Assembly (NCBI GenBank): GCA_035652975.1 | Contig: DASRCT010000041.1 | Span: 24,379 to 88,378, forward strand | DNA: 64,000 bases | DNA from: Bryobacteraceae bacterium | GTDB taxonomy: Bacteria; Acidobacteriota; Terriglobia; Bryobacterales; Bryobacteraceae | Reading direction: 5' to 3' | Shown here: piece by piece, positions 61,298 to 64,000 of the stretch | Numbering within the stretch: position 1 is the first letter of the stretch | Layout of the letters: each line of letters begins with the position of its first letter | Program-made: the position numbers and the translations under genes | Notes under the pieces: model-generated | The model's input: only the letters and a program-made list of their open reading frames with translations | Told to the model about the DNA's origin: nothing | The model's database searches: none

Positions 61298-62281
61298 TCA
61301 AGTGTGGCCGAGAACCGGGTGCGGTTGATAACACTCCTCGAGCTGGCGAATCTCGTCCTTTTCCAGTTTGATTTTCATCGCCGCGACCGCGTCTTCGAGG
61401 TGTTGCATTTTGCTCGCGCCAATAATGGGCGCTGTGACGCCCGGTTTGCCTAGCATCCACGCCAGTGCGATTTGCGCGTTTGAAACGCCGCGGCGCTGGG
61501 CCACCTGCGTGAGCCGCTCCACAACGGCAAAATCGGACGGCTGATAGTACAGCCGGTGAGCGTATTCGTCGGTTTTAGCGCGAATCGTTTCTCCGAAATC
61601 CTGCGGCCGGCGGTTGCCGGCGAGAAAACCGCGGGCCAAGGGGCTCCACGGGATGATCCCGACGCCTTCCGCCATGCACAGCGGAATCATTTCGCGTTCT
61701 TCTTCGCGGTAAATCAGATTGTAATGATTTTGCATGCTGACAAAACGCGATATGCCGCGCTCGTCGGACTTATACAGCATCTTCGCGAACTGCCAGGCGT
61801 ACATCGAAGACGCCCCGATATAGAGCGCCTTGCCGGCCTTTACAACGTCGTCGAGCGCCTCTAACGTCTCTTCAACCGGGGTGTCGTAGTCGAAGCGATG
61901 GATCTGGTAGAGGTCCACATACTCCATTCCAAGCCGTTGAAGACTGTTATCGATCGCATAGTGGATGTGCTTGCGCGACAGGCCGCGCTCATTGGGCTGG
62001 TCCCCCATGGCGTTGAAAACCTTGGTGGCGATCACGACGTTTTCGCGCGACGGCGCGAAATCGCGGATCGCGCGGCCGAGAATCTCTTCGCTTAAGCCAA
62101 GCGAGTAGATGTCCGCCGTGTCGAAAAAATTGATGCCGAGCTCGAGAGCGCGCTTGATAAACGATCGCCCCTCATCCTCTTCGAGAACCCACTCCCGCCA
62201 CTTCTTGGAGCCATACGTCATCGTGCCGAGGCACAGCCGCGACACTTTCAGACCAGTGTTACCGAGCCGTGTATATTCCAT
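61298..62281 (-). CDS. Aldo/keto reductase
   Basis: MEYTRLGNTGLKVSRLCLGTMTYG...FFDTADIYS...GLSRKHI...YVDLYQIHRFD...IGASSM.... Confidence 0.9.
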   Translation of the reverse strand: MEYTRLGNTGLKVSRLCLGTMTYGSKKWREWVLEEDEGRSFIKRALELGINFFDTADIYSLGLSEEILGRAIRDFAPSRENVVIATKVFNAMGDQPNERGLSRKHIHYAIDNSLQRLGMEYVDLYQIHRFDYDTPVEETLEALDDVVKAGKALYIGASSMYAWQFAKMLYKSDERGISRFVSMQNHYNLIYREEEREMIPLCMAEGVGIIPWSPLARGFLAGNRRPQDFGETIRAKTDEYAHRLYYQPSDFAVVERLTQVAQRRGVSNAQIALAWMLGKPGVTAPIIGASKMQHLEDAVAAMKIKLEKDEIRQLEECYQPHPVLGHT

Positions 62282-62440
62282 CTGAGATCTATTTTGCAGG
62301 CTCATGCGCGAACTATGCAGCGGTTCGACCGGCTGTTTACACACGTACGCCATCTGGCTTGCATCTTGGGGGGTGGGTGTAGGACCGCAGCTCCGGAAGG
62401 CGTTTGCGCGCCGGTTCCCGCTGAGCGTAAAGAAGGGGGC

Positions 62441-62797
62441 TTAGCTGGAAACCGCCAGTGGGTTTGGAAACGCGTCCGAATCCGCCGTCGCTTTATGCAG
62501 GCACTGGAAATCCTTTTCCAACACGATCTCCAGACCAGCGCGATTGGCAGTGATTCCCGTTTGGTCTGTTTCCGCCCACCGCTGAGCTAATTCTTGGGGC
62601 GCACGCAAGCAGATCTCGCCCGCTCTGTAAGTCGCCTCGATCTCTGTGGCGCCCGGCGTCAGCTCAACCGCGTACGTCAGCGCTGCGCCGCCCGGAAACT
62701 GAATGGAGTCGCTCACGCGGCCGCTCATAGAAAGTTGTTCCACTTCGCGGCGGTTTAAACGAAAACGAATGACGTTGCTCTGAATGCGCATCTTCAT
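62441..62797 (-). CDS. Hypothetical protein (small, conserved-looking, function unknown)
   Basis: 118-aa ORF MKMRIQSNVIRFRLNRREVEQL.... Its codon usage looks like its neighbours. Any family assignment (DUF) is tentative and from memory. Confidence 0.5.
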   Translation of the reverse strand: MKMRIQSNVIRFRLNRREVEQLSMSGRVSDSIQFPGGAALTYAVELTPGATEIEATYRAGEICLRAPQELAQRWAETDQTGITANRAGLEIVLEKDFQCLHKATADSDAFPNPLAVSS

Positions 62798-62818
62798 AGG
62801 CGGACTCTTGCTCCTATC

Positions 62819-64000
62819 TTACAGTTCGAAAAGCCGCGCCAGATTAGATCCCTCGCGCACGATGGTCTGCGTCCGCTCCGGACCTGTCGAAACGCATCCA
62901 ATTTCAACGCCGGTCCGCTCTTCCAGGAACTCGAGGTAGCGCTGCGCCGGACGCGGCAGCGCATCGTAGCGCGCGATGCCCTGCGTCGAAGCCTTCCAGC
63001 CGGGCAGTTTTTCATATACCGGCTCAATGGCCAGCATCCCGCGGTACGTCGCCGGCATCTCCGTCGTCTCCTTGCCGTCCACCCGATACGCGACGCAGAC
63101 TGGAATCTCGCCGAGCTCGTCGAGCACATCCAGTTTGGTCATGATCAGGCTATCGAATCCATTCACGCTGGCCGTGTATTTCAGCAATGGCACGTCGAAC
63201 CACCCGCACCGCCGCGGCCGGCCCGTCACCGCGCCGTATTCGTTGCCGCGGCGGCGAATCAGTTCACCGAACTCGTCCAGGCTCTCCGAAGGAAACGGAC
63301 CTGACCCGACGCGCGTAATATAGGCCTTCGTCACGCCCAGAATGCCGTCCATCCGCGTGGGCGGAACGCCGGTTCCCGTGCAGGCGCCGCCTGCCGCCGC
63401 GCTAGAGGAGGTCACAAACGGATACGTGCCGTGATCGATGTCCAACATCGTGCCCTGCGCGCCCTCGAACAGAACGCTCTTGCCCTTGGCGATCGACTCA
63501 TTCAAAAATCGCGCGGTGTCGCACACCATCGGACGCATGCGGTCTGCAAAACGCTCGTAATCCTCGCGAATCCGCGCGTAATCGATAGGCTCATCGATCT
63601 TGAACGTTTCCGCCAGAATGCGTTTGTCCTCGGCCAGGGTGTCGAACAAGACGCGAAAACTTTCGCGATCCAGCAGATCGGCTACGCGAATTCCGCGCCG
63701 CCCAACCTTGTCTTCGTACGCCGGTCCGATTCCACGCGAGGTCGTGCCGATTGGGATCCGGTTCTCGCGCGCCTCCGACATCTTCTCCACCAGCCGGTGA
63801 AATGGAAAAATCACATGCGCGCGGTTGCTGATAAACAGATTGCCGCGAACCTGAATCCCCGCGCTCTCAAGCGTCTCTATCTCCTCGAGCAATGCGGCAG
63901 GATCCACGACGACGCCGTTGCCGATCACAGCCTGAATGCCTGGCCGCAGTATGCCGCTCGGAATCAGCTTGAGAACATATTTCTTCTCGCCGATGAAAAC
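62819..64000 (-). CDS. purA: Adenylosuccinate synthase (N-terminus lies beyond the window edge)
   Basis: GNGVVVDP..L..E...L...G...LFISNRAHVIFPFH...TTSRGIGPAYEDK...EGAQGTMLDIDHGTYPFVTSS...GSGPFPSE...GRPRRCGWFD. The frame stays open to position 64000. Confidence 0.95.
   Translation of the reverse strand, partial: VFIGEKKYVLKLIPSGILRPGIQAVIGNGVVVDPAALLEEIETLESAGIQVRGNLFISNRAHVIFPFHRLVEKMSEARENRIPIGTTSRGIGPAYEDKVGRRGIRVADLLDRESFRVLFDTLAEDKRILAETFKIDEPIDYARIREDYERFADRMRPMVCDTARFLNESIAKGKSVLFEGAQGTMLDIDHGTYPFVTSSSAAAGGACTGTGVPPTRMDGILGVTKAYITRVGSGPFPSESLDEFGELIRRRGNEYGAVTGRPRRCGWFDVPLLKYTASVNGFDSLIMTKLDVLDELGEIPVCVAYRVDGKETTEMPATYRGMLAIEPVYEKLPGWKASTQGIARYDALPRPAQRYLEFLEERTGVEIGCVSTGPERTQTIVREGSNLARLFEL

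Noticed and set aside
1-64000. Search for CRISPR arrays, rRNA/tRNA genes, IS elements, integrases and long direct or inverted repeats
   Set aside because: I found no regularly spaced short repeats, no tRNA-like T-loop (GGTTCGAATCC-type) context, no rRNA-like segments and no transposase or integrase translations in the ORF track. This is a by-eye inspection only, so short or degenerate elements could be missed.

Overview
This is a high-GC, densely coding bacterial chromosome segment of about 58 genes. I saw no rRNA, tRNA, CRISPR array, transposase or integrase. Three features suggest an Acidobacteriota-like organism, which is inference only: a TonB-dependent receptor with a carboxypeptidase-regulatory-like N-terminus, an ECF sigma factor next to a Ser/Thr kinase with TolB-like propellers, and many secreted beta-propeller or PKD proteins.

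The dominant block is a 17 kb flagellar locus (12.5-29.4 kb) made of two divergent operons. The minus-strand operon runs fliK-flgD-flgE-fliN-fliO-fliP-fliQ-fliR-flhB-flhA-flhF-fliA-fliY-like-DUF2802-like. The plus-strand operon runs flgF-flgG-flgA-flgH-flgI-flgJ(rod-binding only)-flgM.

Flanking genes are mostly housekeeping or transport: der, tal, an FAH hydrolase, a RidA-family gene, polA, rpiB, galK with an SSS symporter, purA, a cyclophilin, a 5'-nucleotidase, glycosyltransferases and a DASS permease.

The best candidate for an undescribed system is at 32140-36913. A 124-aa Trypco2-like protein is translationally coupled (ATGGCTGA overlap) to a 1468-aa protein. That protein has an intact trypsin-like protease triad, a STAND-type P-loop NTPase and about 850 aa of degenerate helical repeats, which is the architecture of NTP-dependent conflict or defence modules.

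Secondary candidates:
- A tight three-gene secreted operon (S55/SpoIVB-like peptidase, beta-propeller, unknown 197-aa protein) at 38277-43007.
- A divergent pair of a Cys-rich HTH protein and a cI-like HTH protein, with palindromes between them, at 48177-49834.
- An FHA-TM-lytic transglycosylase fusion at 57851-59281.
- A cytochrome c / copper-monooxygenase-like fusion at 59994-61295.

All functional calls come from reading motifs in the supplied translations. No database search was possible.
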